This document shows, in pieces, positions 52,484 to 61,214 of a stretch of 64,000 bases of DNA. The number at the start of each line of letters is the position of its first letter. Position 1 is the stretch's first letter. The notes beneath the pieces are model-generated. The model was not told the DNA's origin. It ran no database searches and worked only from the letters and a program-made list of their open reading frames with translations. The stretch comes from Syntrophales bacterium (lineage in GTDB: Bacteria; Desulfobacterota; Syntrophia; Syntrophales; PHBD01): assembly GCA_963668175.1 (NCBI GenBank), contig OY764159.1:3968001-4032000 (forward strand), given 5' to 3'. The position numbers and the translations under genes are program-made.

Positions 52484-52952
52484 CGAGAACAACCCCCATA
52501 CCGGCCAGCACGGCGCTGCACACGGCTTCTCCGTTTTCCTTTTCCATGCCGACCCTGACTCTGATTGCATTGTTGCGGAAATAGACCTTCTCGCCGCGTA
52601 TTACCACGCGCTCGCCCGGTTCGACCATCCCGGTGAACTCGACACCGTCCGCAAAGGTAAATAGCGTGACCATGCTATCTGTCTTCCCGGGAGCCATCTT
52701 GCCCTGCACAATGCCAAGATAGATACCGAAGGCCACAACACCCGTCTGGGCCATCGTTTCCACGAGAATGACCCCCGGCGTCACGGGACGGCCCGGAAAA
52801 TGGCCCCGGTAAAAATATTCGTCCTCGTGAAAGCGATAGGAACCGACGATATGGTTCTCGTCAATCTCCAGGATATCGTCGATGAAGCGAAACGGCGCCT
52901 GCTGGGGAACCGCCGCCAGAATCCGTTTCTGCAAAAGGGGATCAACCTCCAT
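52473..52952 (-). CDS. fabZ: FabZ-type 3-hydroxyacyl-ACP dehydratase
   Basis: PFRFID and GHFPGRPVTPGVILVETMAQ (His/Glu dyad). Confidence 0.88.
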   Translation of the reverse strand: MEVDPLLQKRILAAVPQQAPFRFIDDILEIDENHIVGSYRFHEDEYFYRGHFPGRPVTPGVILVETMAQTGVVAFGIYLGIVQGKMAPGKTDSMVTLFTFADGVEFTGMVEPGERVVIRGEKVYFRNNAIRVRVGMEKENGEAVCSAVLAGMGVVLDEK

Positions 52953-53673
52953 AGAGCCCTCCATTGACGTGGATGACGCTGCCCGTGATGTAGGACCCTT
53001 TGGAGGCCAGAAAAGCAACAACCTCTGCCACCTCCGAAGCCCGTCCTATCCTGGCGAGCGGTATTTTTTCCAGAATCCGCTCCTTGATCTCGTCCGGCAA
53101 CCCGGCCGTCATTTCCGTATCGATAAAACCCGGCGCCACGGAGTTGACCAGGATATTACGTCCCTTCATCTCCTGGGCCAAAGACTTCGAGAAGGCGTCA
53201 AGGGCCGCTTTTTCCATGGTATAGGGAATCTGGCCGCCGTTCCCCGTGTGTCCTACCACGCTGGAGATATTAACGATCCGGCCGCTGTCCTGGCGGAGCA
53301 TAAAGAGCCTGATGACCCTCTTGGTCAGGTACCAGACGCCTCGCATAACCGATCTCTGTTCGTCGAACTGCTCCATCTTCATGCTGTTGATGTCGGCGTT
53401 GATCGACATCCCGGCGTTGTTGACGAGCACATCCACACGCCCGGCCTTGTCCCTGATCTCGCCGATCATGGCATCAACCTCTTCCGGCCGGGAAAGATCC
53501 GCCCGCACCAGAAAACCGTCGCCTATATCCGCCAACACGGCGGCCGCATCCCGTTCGCTGCTGCGGTAATGGATGCCCAGCCGGAATCCCTGTTCGGCAA
53601 GGGCATAGCAGCAGGCGGCACCGATATTACGGCCGCCGCCCGTCACCACAGCCACTTTTTTTTCATTCGTCAT
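52942..53673 (-). CDS. fabG: 3-oxoacyl-ACP reductase (SDR)
   Basis: TGGGRNIG, NNAG, YTMEK (YxxxK) and PGFIDTEMT. Confidence 0.88.
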   Translation of the reverse strand: MTNEKKVAVVTGGGRNIGAACCYALAEQGFRLGIHYRSSERDAAAVLADIGDGFLVRADLSRPEEVDAMIGEIRDKAGRVDVLVNNAGMSINADINSMKMEQFDEQRSVMRGVWYLTKRVIRLFMLRQDSGRIVNISSVVGHTGNGGQIPYTMEKAALDAFSKSLAQEMKGRNILVNSVAPGFIDTEMTAGLPDEIKERILEKIPLARIGRASEVAEVVAFLASKGSYITGSVIHVNGGLYGG

Positions 53674-54262
53674 TTTTCACCATGATTCCGCCGGTGGAAT
53701 ATCCGGACCGCATGGGATAATCCCGGTAGGCGATGTCCTTGAATATCCCCGTTCGTGCTTCTTGAACGGTCATGACCAGTTCGTCGTCGACGAAGACCCG
53801 GCCATCCCCGATGGCAATGCTCGCCCCCGACTCCTTCAAATGCGAATAGCGTCTCACATCCACTTCATAGCGGACGCACCGGTTATAGGGCCGGATCTGT
53901 CCGTTGAACGACACCTCCCCGCAGCCGAGGGCCCTTCCCGACCCCAGGGCACCGCTCCAGGTGCAGAAGTAGCCGAGGAGCTGCCATATGGCATCCACAC
54001 AGAGGCATCCCGGCTGAACGGGATCGCCCAGCATATGGCACTGGAAATACCAGGCATCCAGCCGGACGTCCTGCTCCGCAACGACGGACCCGCGCCGGCC
54101 TTCGCTTTTTATGGAGAGGATGCGGTCCACCATCAGAAACGGCGGTGCCGGCAGCCTGCCGTCGAAATCCGCGGGAGGGTCCTCGATCAATCTTCCATAG
54201 GCAAAGGCCAGCAATTCCTCGAAACGGAATTCATGGCGCTGTCGATACTCGTTATAGGTCAT
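53663..54262 (-). CDS. fabA: FabA-type dehydratase/trans-2,cis-3 isomerase
   Basis: LPAPPFLMVDRI, CHMLGDPVQPGCLCVDAIWQ (His/Asp dyad) and GRALG. Confidence 0.9.
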   Translation of the reverse strand: MTYNEYRQRHEFRFEELLAFAYGRLIEDPPADFDGRLPAPPFLMVDRILSIKSEGRRGSVVAEQDVRLDAWYFQCHMLGDPVQPGCLCVDAIWQLLGYFCTWSGALGSGRALGCGEVSFNGQIRPYNRCVRYEVDVRRYSHLKESGASIAIGDGRVFVDDELVMTVQEARTGIFKDIAYRDYPMRSGYSTGGIMVKNDE

Positions 54263-54305
54263 CCCGTCATCTTCTTCGATTCAAGTACCGTAAAAACGCT
54301 TCCAT

Positions 54306-55292
54306 CTATGCTTCAACGGACAGGAGCATATGGCCCCAGGTCAATCCCGCCCCAACCAGGGCGATTGCCGCCTGGTCGCCGGGACGGAGTTCATCCCAGT
54401 GCTGGCTCAAGACGGAAGGCCCTCCGGCGCAGCCCTGGTTTCCGTAAAATTCGACATTATGCCAGTGGTCCCCTTCGGCGACGCCGCACCGTTCGCAGAC
54501 GGTCTGCAACATTCCCAGATTGGCCTGATGGCCGATGAATATCAGGCAGGCACCGTTGTTCCTTGCTTCGGATTGCAGAGTCCGCAGGGAATCGGTTGTC
54601 CGCCGGATCGCAAAACCCTGAACGGCGCTTCCATCCTGCCAGAAATACCCGTTCCGCGGCACCCTGGCCTTGTCCCACGACGACGGTTTGGAGCCGCATT
54701 CGCAGTGGGTGACGATTTTCCCGGCCGGGACCGACGCCGACACGACGCAGGCGGCACTGCCATCGCCAAAGAGGACGGCGTTGGCCCGGTCGGAATAATC
54801 GATCGAACGGGTCACATTGTCCGGCTGGACAAGGAGGATGAACGGCGGCAAGGCCTCCGGCCTCATCCTGGACAGGAAATTCATCTGGACGCCGAAAGTG
54901 GAGCAGGCCGAATTCAGATCGAAGCAGGGGGCTTCGATGCCCAGTTCGGAGGCAATCGTGGCGGCCTCGGCGGGCGTTAGTGTATCGGGGATGGAACTGC
55001 CGGATATGACGAGGCCGATATCGCAAGACGAAAGGCCGGCACGCTCAAGGGCCATCCGGGCGGCGGCGGCGCCCGTCTTGGCGTTGCATGTCATACTGGC
55101 CTCATAGGCCTCCCTCGGATCCCTGTTCTTCGTTTGTTTGATATAATCGAGGGGAAGGACGGAATGACGGGTGTGAATCCCGACCCGTTCCAGAATCCAT
55201 TCTTCGCTCGTACCGATGTCCAGCTCTTCCAGGAACCGGTTTGTGATGATGTTGTCGGGATGGTAATGGCCGATGCCGTGCAGATATAACAT
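54306..55292 (-). CDS. fabH: Ketoacyl-ACP synthase III
   Basis: Cys-His-Asn triad (SACSTF, HQAN, YGN), LFGDG and GAGLTWG. Confidence 0.9.
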   Translation of the reverse strand: MLYLHGIGHYHPDNIITNRFLEELDIGTSEEWILERVGIHTRHSVLPLDYIKQTKNRDPREAYEASMTCNAKTGAAAARMALERAGLSSCDIGLVISGSSIPDTLTPAEAATIASELGIEAPCFDLNSACSTFGVQMNFLSRMRPEALPPFILLVQPDNVTRSIDYSDRANAVLFGDGSAACVVSASVPAGKIVTHCECGSKPSSWDKARVPRNGYFWQDGSAVQGFAIRRTTDSLRTLQSEARNNGACLIFIGHQANLGMLQTVCERCGVAEGDHWHNVEFYGNQGCAGGPSVLSQHWDELRPGDQAAIALVGAGLTWGHMLLSVEA

Positions 55293-55296
55293 ACGC

Positions 55297-56496
55297 TTAT
55301 AAGATCTCCCGTCCGATAATCATGTTTTGAACCTCCCTCACACCCTCATAAATATCGATGATATGCGCATCCCGAACCAGTTTCGAAATCTCGTACTCGG
55401 CCGTAAAGCCGTACCCCCCATGCAGGTGCAGACCCTCGTTGGCGCAGTAAAGGGCGGCCTCCGCCGCCGTATTTTTAGCCAGCGATGCATAGAGCCCCCG
55501 GTCCTCCGCCTTTTCCTGAACCTTGAAGGCCGCCTTCATCAGGGCGAGTTCGGCCAGTTCGACCTTTTTCCACAGGGATACGATCGTCTCCCTGGCGACG
55601 GGCAGGTCGGCGATCCTCTGGCCGAATTGCTGGCGCATCTTCGTGTACTCGACCGTCACATCGAGGGCGCGCCTCGCAAGGCCGACGCCGATGGCCGCCA
55701 CCATCGGCCTGGCGTAATCCAGGACGTCGACGATGTATTTGAAGCCCTGCCTTCGATCGCCGATGATCTGATCGTCTTCCAGGACGACATCCTCGAAGCT
55801 GACGCTCGCCGTGTTCGACATGCGCTGGCCCAGTTTATCCTCAGGCTTGCCGATGACGACCCTGCCGCCTCCCGCAAGGACAACTTCGCGCCCCCTGCCA
55901 GTCTCCACACCCGCATCGCCGGGCAGCAGCGGGGGAACCGGAACGACGACACAGGCCATGAAGTTCCCCGTCGGCTTGCCGACTTTGCAGAAAACGGTGA
56001 ACTGGGAGGCGAAGGACGCATTCGTGATGAAGCATTTGGACCCGTTCAGGACATATTTGCCGTCATTCCGTTTGCCGATGAAGGTCGTCATCGCCGAATT
56101 GTCCGATCCCGCATTGGGTTCCGTGAGACAGAAGGATGCCAGCAGCGGTTTCTCCGTGAACGGCCTGAGAAAGGCCTCTTTCTGGGACTGTGTACCCTGC
56201 TGGGCTATGGCCGCATTGGCCAGGTCGTTGCACATGGCGGAGGTGGAAATTCCCGTATCGCCGTAAGAAAGCTCCCGGATGATCAATGCCGACGATACGA
56301 CATCGACCTCGTATCCCTTGACGGATTCGGGAATGCATAGGTTTAGAATCCCGAGTTCCCATATCTTCGTAATGATATCCCAGGGAAATCGATGCTCCCC
56401 ATCCCATACCAGGACGTTGGGCGTGATTTCGCTCCGGACGAACCTGACGACGGTGTCGATATACATTTGCTGCTGCTCTGTTAGCGTGAAATCCAC
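55297..56496 (-). CDS. Acyl-CoA/acyl-ACP dehydrogenase family flavoprotein
   Basis: LTEPNAGSD, LNGSKCFITN, RQQFG, HGGYG and IYEG. Confidence 0.92.
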   Translation of the reverse strand: MDFTLTEQQQMYIDTVVRFVRSEITPNVLVWDGEHRFPWDIITKIWELGILNLCIPESVKGYEVDVVSSALIIRELSYGDTGISTSAMCNDLANAAIAQQGTQSQKEAFLRPFTEKPLLASFCLTEPNAGSDNSAMTTFIGKRNDGKYVLNGSKCFITNASFASQFTVFCKVGKPTGNFMACVVVPVPPLLPGDAGVETGRGREVVLAGGGRVVIGKPEDKLGQRMSNTASVSFEDVVLEDDQIIGDRRQGFKYIVDVLDYARPMVAAIGVGLARRALDVTVEYTKMRQQFGQRIADLPVARETIVSLWKKVELAELALMKAAFKVQEKAEDRGLYASLAKNTAAEAALYCANEGLHLHGGYGFTAEYEISKLVRDAHIIDIYEGVREVQNMIIGREIL

Positions 56497-56549
56497 GATC
56501 GATCCTTATAATAATGTTCGGCAAGTGCCGTTTAACACATCCGGCAATC

Positions 56550-57497
56550 TCAGTTGGAACCGGCAAATATCCTCATCGCCGCCGACAGGGTCGTCACGGA
56601 GAGGCAGTCGACCTGCATGGTTTTGAAGAATTCCCGAAGGGGCCGGCCCGGTCCTATTTCATAGATCGCCGCCGAATGTTTCGAGAGTGCCGCCATGTTG
56701 CTCCTCCACTGCACAGGATTGCTGATCTGGAAGACGAGATCCCGGATCACTTCATCGACCAGATCGCTGTGGAACCCCCCCGTATAATTGGACGTTACAC
56801 GGGTTGTCCTTCGCATATCGAGCGCCGAGGCCATTTCCTGAAGCGCATCTTCGAACGGCCTTTCGATTCTTCTCATGAACCGGCTGTGAAACGGCGCGCT
56901 CACATTGAGAGGTACAAAGTGAAAATTCTGATCGTCCGGCATCGTCCCCATGACCCGGAGGGCGGCAGCCGACATGGAATCGGCCGACCCGCTGATCACA
57001 ACCTGCTGAATGGAATTGACGTTGGCGACATCGACGGGAAGATCGTCGAGGGCCTTTTGAATGGCTCCGGCGTCGAGACGGTCGGAGATGACTGCCGACA
57101 TGCCGCCGATCCCTATGGGCGCCGCATCCTGCATCAATCTTCCCCGAAGGTGGACGATCTTCAGCGCATCGGCGAAAGGCAGGGCCCCGGCGGCAACCAG
57201 CGCGGTGAATTCGCCGAGGCTGTGACCGCCGAAAATATCCGGTTCGAATCCGAAAAGACTCTTTAATCCCCGGAGCATGGCGATCTCCGTCGTCAGAATG
57301 CACGGCTGCGTGTATTCCGTAAGGTCGAGCCTCGCATCTTCGCCGAAGCAAAGTTCCCCGACATTCCATCCCAGGGCATCGGATGCCTCTGCATATGTAT
57401 CGCGGCTTGCGACAATACGATCGTAAAAATCCTTACCCATGCCGGGTCTCTGTGACCCCTGGCCGGGAAACACGGCGGCTACTTGACGTTCTTTCAT
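56550..57497 (-). CDS. fabD: Malonyl-CoA:ACP transacylase
   Basis: FPGQGSQ, GHSLGE, RGRLM and SAPFHS. Confidence 0.94.
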   Translation of the reverse strand: MKERQVAAVFPGQGSQRPGMGKDFYDRIVASRDTYAEASDALGWNVGELCFGEDARLDLTEYTQPCILTTEIAMLRGLKSLFGFEPDIFGGHSLGEFTALVAAGALPFADALKIVHLRGRLMQDAAPIGIGGMSAVISDRLDAGAIQKALDDLPVDVANVNSIQQVVISGSADSMSAAALRVMGTMPDDQNFHFVPLNVSAPFHSRFMRRIERPFEDALQEMASALDMRRTTRVTSNYTGGFHSDLVDEVIRDLVFQISNPVQWRSNMAALSKHSAAIYEIGPGRPLREFFKTMQVDCLSVTTLSAAMRIFAGSN

Positions 57498-57962
57498 CGG
57501 TATCCCCTCCTGCCCGTTGTTTCAATCCATCCGTTATGCCGTTCGCGCATCGCGCTGCATGACGACGACGCAGAAGCACTATCCATGCCAATCGCGACCG
57601 GCGGTCACACGAACAGATTTAACTTGTCGAATATAAAAGGTTATAAATCGATTTATTCACCGGCCGTGCGGCTGGACAGGAAGGGATACGGGCCCGGTTT
57701 TTCTGCATACGCTTTTTCACAGTGCGAACGGGGCTACACAACCGGGAGCGCCCAGTAGCGGCTTCGAAAACTACGGCCGGCCTTTGCGATTCCGTTGAGA
57801 CAACCTTGATCATTGACCGCCTTGGTGATATAAGGGCTATGCAGTAAATATTCTCTTTCCTTTTCCTTAACTGGCATCCTTTGCAGTCAAATTGCATTCT
57901 TTACGCCGGACGCGCCATCAAGCCTTCCGGACGTGGTTCAGTCATCATTTTCATAATCTATT

Positions 57963-59645
57963 ATGAGGATTCGATCGATGCTTCATGAACCTACTCACCT
58001 GGAAATGAAACAGGAAATTGAAGATTTCAAAGAAGCCCTGGCGGCGCAGAAACAGATTGAAGAAGCCCTCAGGGAAAGCAAGCAGATCTACAAAATGATC
58101 TCCGAAAAATCGTTTGCCGGCATCTATGTCGTGCAGGACGGTAAATTCCGTGCCGTCAACCCCAGTGCCGCCTTCTATGCCGGATACACGATAGGGGAGT
58201 TAACCGGAATGAAATCGGACTGCATCGTCCATCCCGACGACCGTCTCCAAGTTAAGCGCGATGCCCGCGCCATGCTGCGGGGCGAACGGGTATCGCCCTA
58301 TGAATTCCGGATCATCACGAAAGACGGTCAAATACGCTGGATCATGGAAACGGTGACGTCCATATTCTTCGAAGGGCGGCCGGCCATCCTCGGCAATTCG
58401 ATGAACATCACCGATCGCAAGCAGATCGAAGAACGATTGAAGGAGTCCGAAAACCTTTACCGGGCCATCTTCGAGACGACACCCGCGGCGACCATCATCG
58501 TCGAAGAAGATACGACCATCTCCCTCGTCAATTCGCAATTCGAAAAGCTTTCCGGCTACCGCAAAGAGGAGTGGGAAGGTAAGAAGTCGTGGACCGAGTT
58601 CGCAGCACCCAAAGATGTCGAACGCATGATGCATTATCATCACCGGCGGCGCACGAGCCCCGGCCTGGTACCCCGGAATTACGAATTCAGCCTCATCGAC
58701 AGTCTCGGCCGCACGCGGGAAGTGACACTCATCGTCGATATGATTCCGGGGACGAAGAAGAGCGTCGCCTCGCTGCTCGATATCACGGAACGCAAGAGGT
58801 CCGAGGAAAAGATGCTGGAGAGCGAGAACCTGTACCGGACCATTTTCGAAACCACGGGCACGGCAACCATCATCGTGGAAGAAGACATGACGGTATCCCT
58901 CGTCAATACGGAGTTCGAGAAGATGTCCGGGTCACCCAAATCCTGCTGGGAGGGAAAGAGAAGCTGGACGGAGTTCGCATCGAAAAAGGACGTTACCAGA
59001 ATGAAGAAGTACCACTTCGCCCGGAGGGTGGACCCCAATCTGGCGCCCCGAAACTATGAATTCGGCTTCATCGACCGGCAGAAAAACCTCAAGGACACCA
59101 TCATCACCATTTCAATGATCCCCGGAACCAAGAAGAGCGTGGCTTCCTTTGTCGATATCACCGAACGGAAACGGGCCGAAAAGGAATTGAAAAAAAGGGA
59201 GGCGGAACTGCAGATCAATTCCGCCAACCTGCAGGAGGTCAATACGGCCCTCCGGATTCTTCTGAAGCAAAGGGAAGAGGACAAGAACGAATTGGAAAGC
59301 AAGGTCCTGTCGAACGTCAAGGAGCTGGTTCTGCCCTATATCGATAAGATCAAGAAGCTTCGCATGGACAAGAGGGGACTGGCCTATATCGAAAGCCTCG
59401 AATCGAACCTGAAGGACATCATCTCGCCGTTTTCCTACAAGCTGTCCTCCCAATATCTCAATCTGACGCCGAAGGAACTGCAAGTGGCCAACCTGATCCG
59501 GGAGGGAAAAACGAGCAAGGAGATTGCCGAAATGACCAATGTCTCCCGCAGCGCCATCGATATCCACCGTTACCGCATCCGGAACAAGCTGGGACTGAAC
59601 AACAAGAAAGCGAATCTCCGTTCATACCTGTCATCTTTCACATAA
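57963..59645 (+). CDS. Triple-PAS LuxR-family transcriptional regulator
   Basis: Three PAS/PAC repeats ending in (N/D)IT(D/E)RK, and C-terminal LTPKELQVA..GKTSKEIA..HRYRIRNKLG. Start may be 57978. Confidence 0.92.
   Translation: MRIRSMLHEPTHLEMKQEIEDFKEALAAQKQIEEALRESKQIYKMISEKSFAGIYVVQDGKFRAVNPSAAFYAGYTIGELTGMKSDCIVHPDDRLQVKRDARAMLRGERVSPYEFRIITKDGQIRWIMETVTSIFFEGRPAILGNSMNITDRKQIEERLKESENLYRAIFETTPAATIIVEEDTTISLVNSQFEKLSGYRKEEWEGKKSWTEFAAPKDVERMMHYHHRRRTSPGLVPRNYEFSLIDSLGRTREVTLIVDMIPGTKKSVASLLDITERKRSEEKMLESENLYRTIFETTGTATIIVEEDMTVSLVNTEFEKMSGSPKSCWEGKRSWTEFASKKDVTRMKKYHFARRVDPNLAPRNYEFGFIDRQKNLKDTIITISMIPGTKKSVASFVDITERKRAEKELKKREAELQINSANLQEVNTALRILLKQREEDKNELESKVLSNVKELVLPYIDKIKKLRMDKRGLAYIESLESNLKDIISPFSYKLSSQYLNLTPKELQVANLIREGKTSKEIAEMTNVSRSAIDIHRYRIRNKLGLNNKKANLRSYLSSFT
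58443..59192 (+). repeat. Internal tandem duplication of a 375-nt PAS unit
   Basis: Both units read ESENLYRxIFETT...PRNYEF...MIPGTKKSVAS..DITERKR; starts at 58443 and 58818. Confidence 0.85.
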
Positions 59646-60196
59646 TATTACATTTTATGTATAATATTTATCGAGTTATTTTAATATTGCATTTTATTCC
59701 CTCTTTTCCTAAATCTTACATACTTCTCAATCAACACTTTCTACGCCGGCTGCGACTGAACAAGATACAGTCTGTCGGGAATTCAGTCGTATTCATATTC
59801 ACATAGATGATTCACCCATTCATACGGTTCGCTTCGTAGTGCCTGATTGCGTGCGAAGGTGAAAGTACCTCAAGCAGTCTTAAGAACAATATATTCTCCA
59901 CTTAACGGACATGTGCACGGTCATGGGGGATGCCTGAGGATGATCGGCGAAGTCGGCAAAGCGCCGACCGTCGTACCTTTATCCCGCTGAGCGGCTATCA
60001 AATTCATGGTTGGCAGGGCGTTATTCGCCGCGCTGTATCTTCTTCTGTCTCTTGGAAGAATTACGGAAGAAGGATTGTAGCGTGCGGAAGCAAGATGGTG
60101 TATATGAAGCCGATGTTCCAACCATGCAGTTAAAAACCGATCATCAGTGGCACGAACGGCCCAGGCCGTAAAAAAATACAATGAAGGAGATTTATC

Positions 60197-61051
60197 ATGG
60201 AAATCAAGAAGGTCTGCGTATTGGGAGCAGGATTGATGGGAAACGGCATAGCGCAGGTGTGCGCCCAGGCGGGCTATACGGTGACGCTTCGTGACATCGA
60301 GCAGAGGTTCATCGACGGCGGCATGAAGACGATCACGAAGAACCTGAGCAAGGACGTGGAGAAGGGAAAACGGAGCCAGGAGGAGATGGACGCGATCCTC
60401 GGCCGGATCAAGCCGACGCTGGATATGAAGGAAGCGGCGACGGGGGCGGACATCGTCGTGGAAGTCGTGATCGAAGTGATGGACGTAAAGAAGCAGGTTT
60501 ACACGGAACTGGAAAAGATCGTTCCGGACCACTGTCTCTACTTCACGAACACGTCGGGACTGAGCATTACGGAGATGGCGGCGATCACGAAACGGCCGGA
60601 CCGTTTCATCGGGACGCACTTCTTCAACCCGGTGCCGGTGATGCGCCTGCTTGAGATCATCCGGGGTTACGAGACGTCGGAGGAGACGCTGGAGACGGCG
60701 AAAGCCTGGGGGAAGAAGATCGGCAAGGAAGTGATCGTGGTGAAAGAGGCGCCGGCGTTTGCGGTGAACCGGATCCTGTGCGTGATGCTGAACGAGGCGT
60801 TCTTTGCGCTGGACGAGGGGATAGCGACGGCGGAGGATATCGACAAGGGGATGGTGCTGGGCTGCAATCATCCGATCGGCCCGCTGGCCCTGTCGGACCT
60901 GGTGGGCAACGAGACGCTCCTGCGGGTGGTGGAAGGTCTGCACCGCGAGCTGGGGGACAAGTACCGTCCGGCTCCGCTGTTGAGGAAACTGGTGAGGGCG
61001 GGCCGCTACGGCAGAAAGACGGGCAAAGGGGTTTACGAATATACGAAGTGA
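60197..61051 (+). CDS. hbd: 3-hydroxybutyryl-CoA / 3-hydroxyacyl-CoA dehydrogenase
   Basis: [23 protein letters not shown] and [10 protein letters not shown]; strong AAGGAG RBS. Confidence 0.92.
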   Translation: MEIKKVCVLGAGLMGNGIAQVCAQAGYTVTLRDIEQRFIDGGMKTITKNLSKDVEKGKRSQEEMDAILGRIKPTLDMKEAATGADIVVEVVIEVMDVKKQVYTELEKIVPDHCLYFTNTSGLSITEMAAITKRPDRFIGTHFFNPVPVMRLLEIIRGYETSEETLETAKAWGKKIGKEVIVVKEAPAFAVNRILCVMLNEAFFALDEGIATAEDIDKGMVLGCNHPIGPLALSDLVGNETLLRVVEGLHRELGDKYRPAPLLRKLVRAGRYGRKTGKGVYEYTK

Positions 61052-61214
61052 TTGTTGCGGCCGCACTGGAAAAGAAACCGGGGGGAGTCCCATGCGGCAG
61101 ACGGATAAGGCAGACAAGGAAAGGAGGTGAAGACGTAGTAAGCGGGCAGCAGATTCCTATACGTGAGATCTTATCGACCAGCATTTCGTGAAGTCATCAA
61201 AAGGAGGGAACGTT

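Noticed and set aside
49577..57497. Aryl polyene, ladderane or aromatic type II PKS cluster
   Set aside because: Single KS with no CLF, and no radical SAM, cyclase, glycosyltransferase, LolA or MMPL genes.
57700..57830. c-di-GMP-I-like fragment (CGCAAAGGCC) on the minus strand upstream of fabD
   Set aside because: The P2 GAAA tetraloop and 5' GYAAA elements were not found.
60148..60163. TGGCAC upstream of hbd as a sigma54 promoter
   Set aside because: No GC at the -12 spacing. Similar near-misses at about 39795 (11-nt spacing) and 57872 (8-nt spacing) were also rejected.
59921..61117. 398-aa ORF antisense to hbd
   Set aside because: Explained by hbd codon usage; R/H/L-rich with no family motif.
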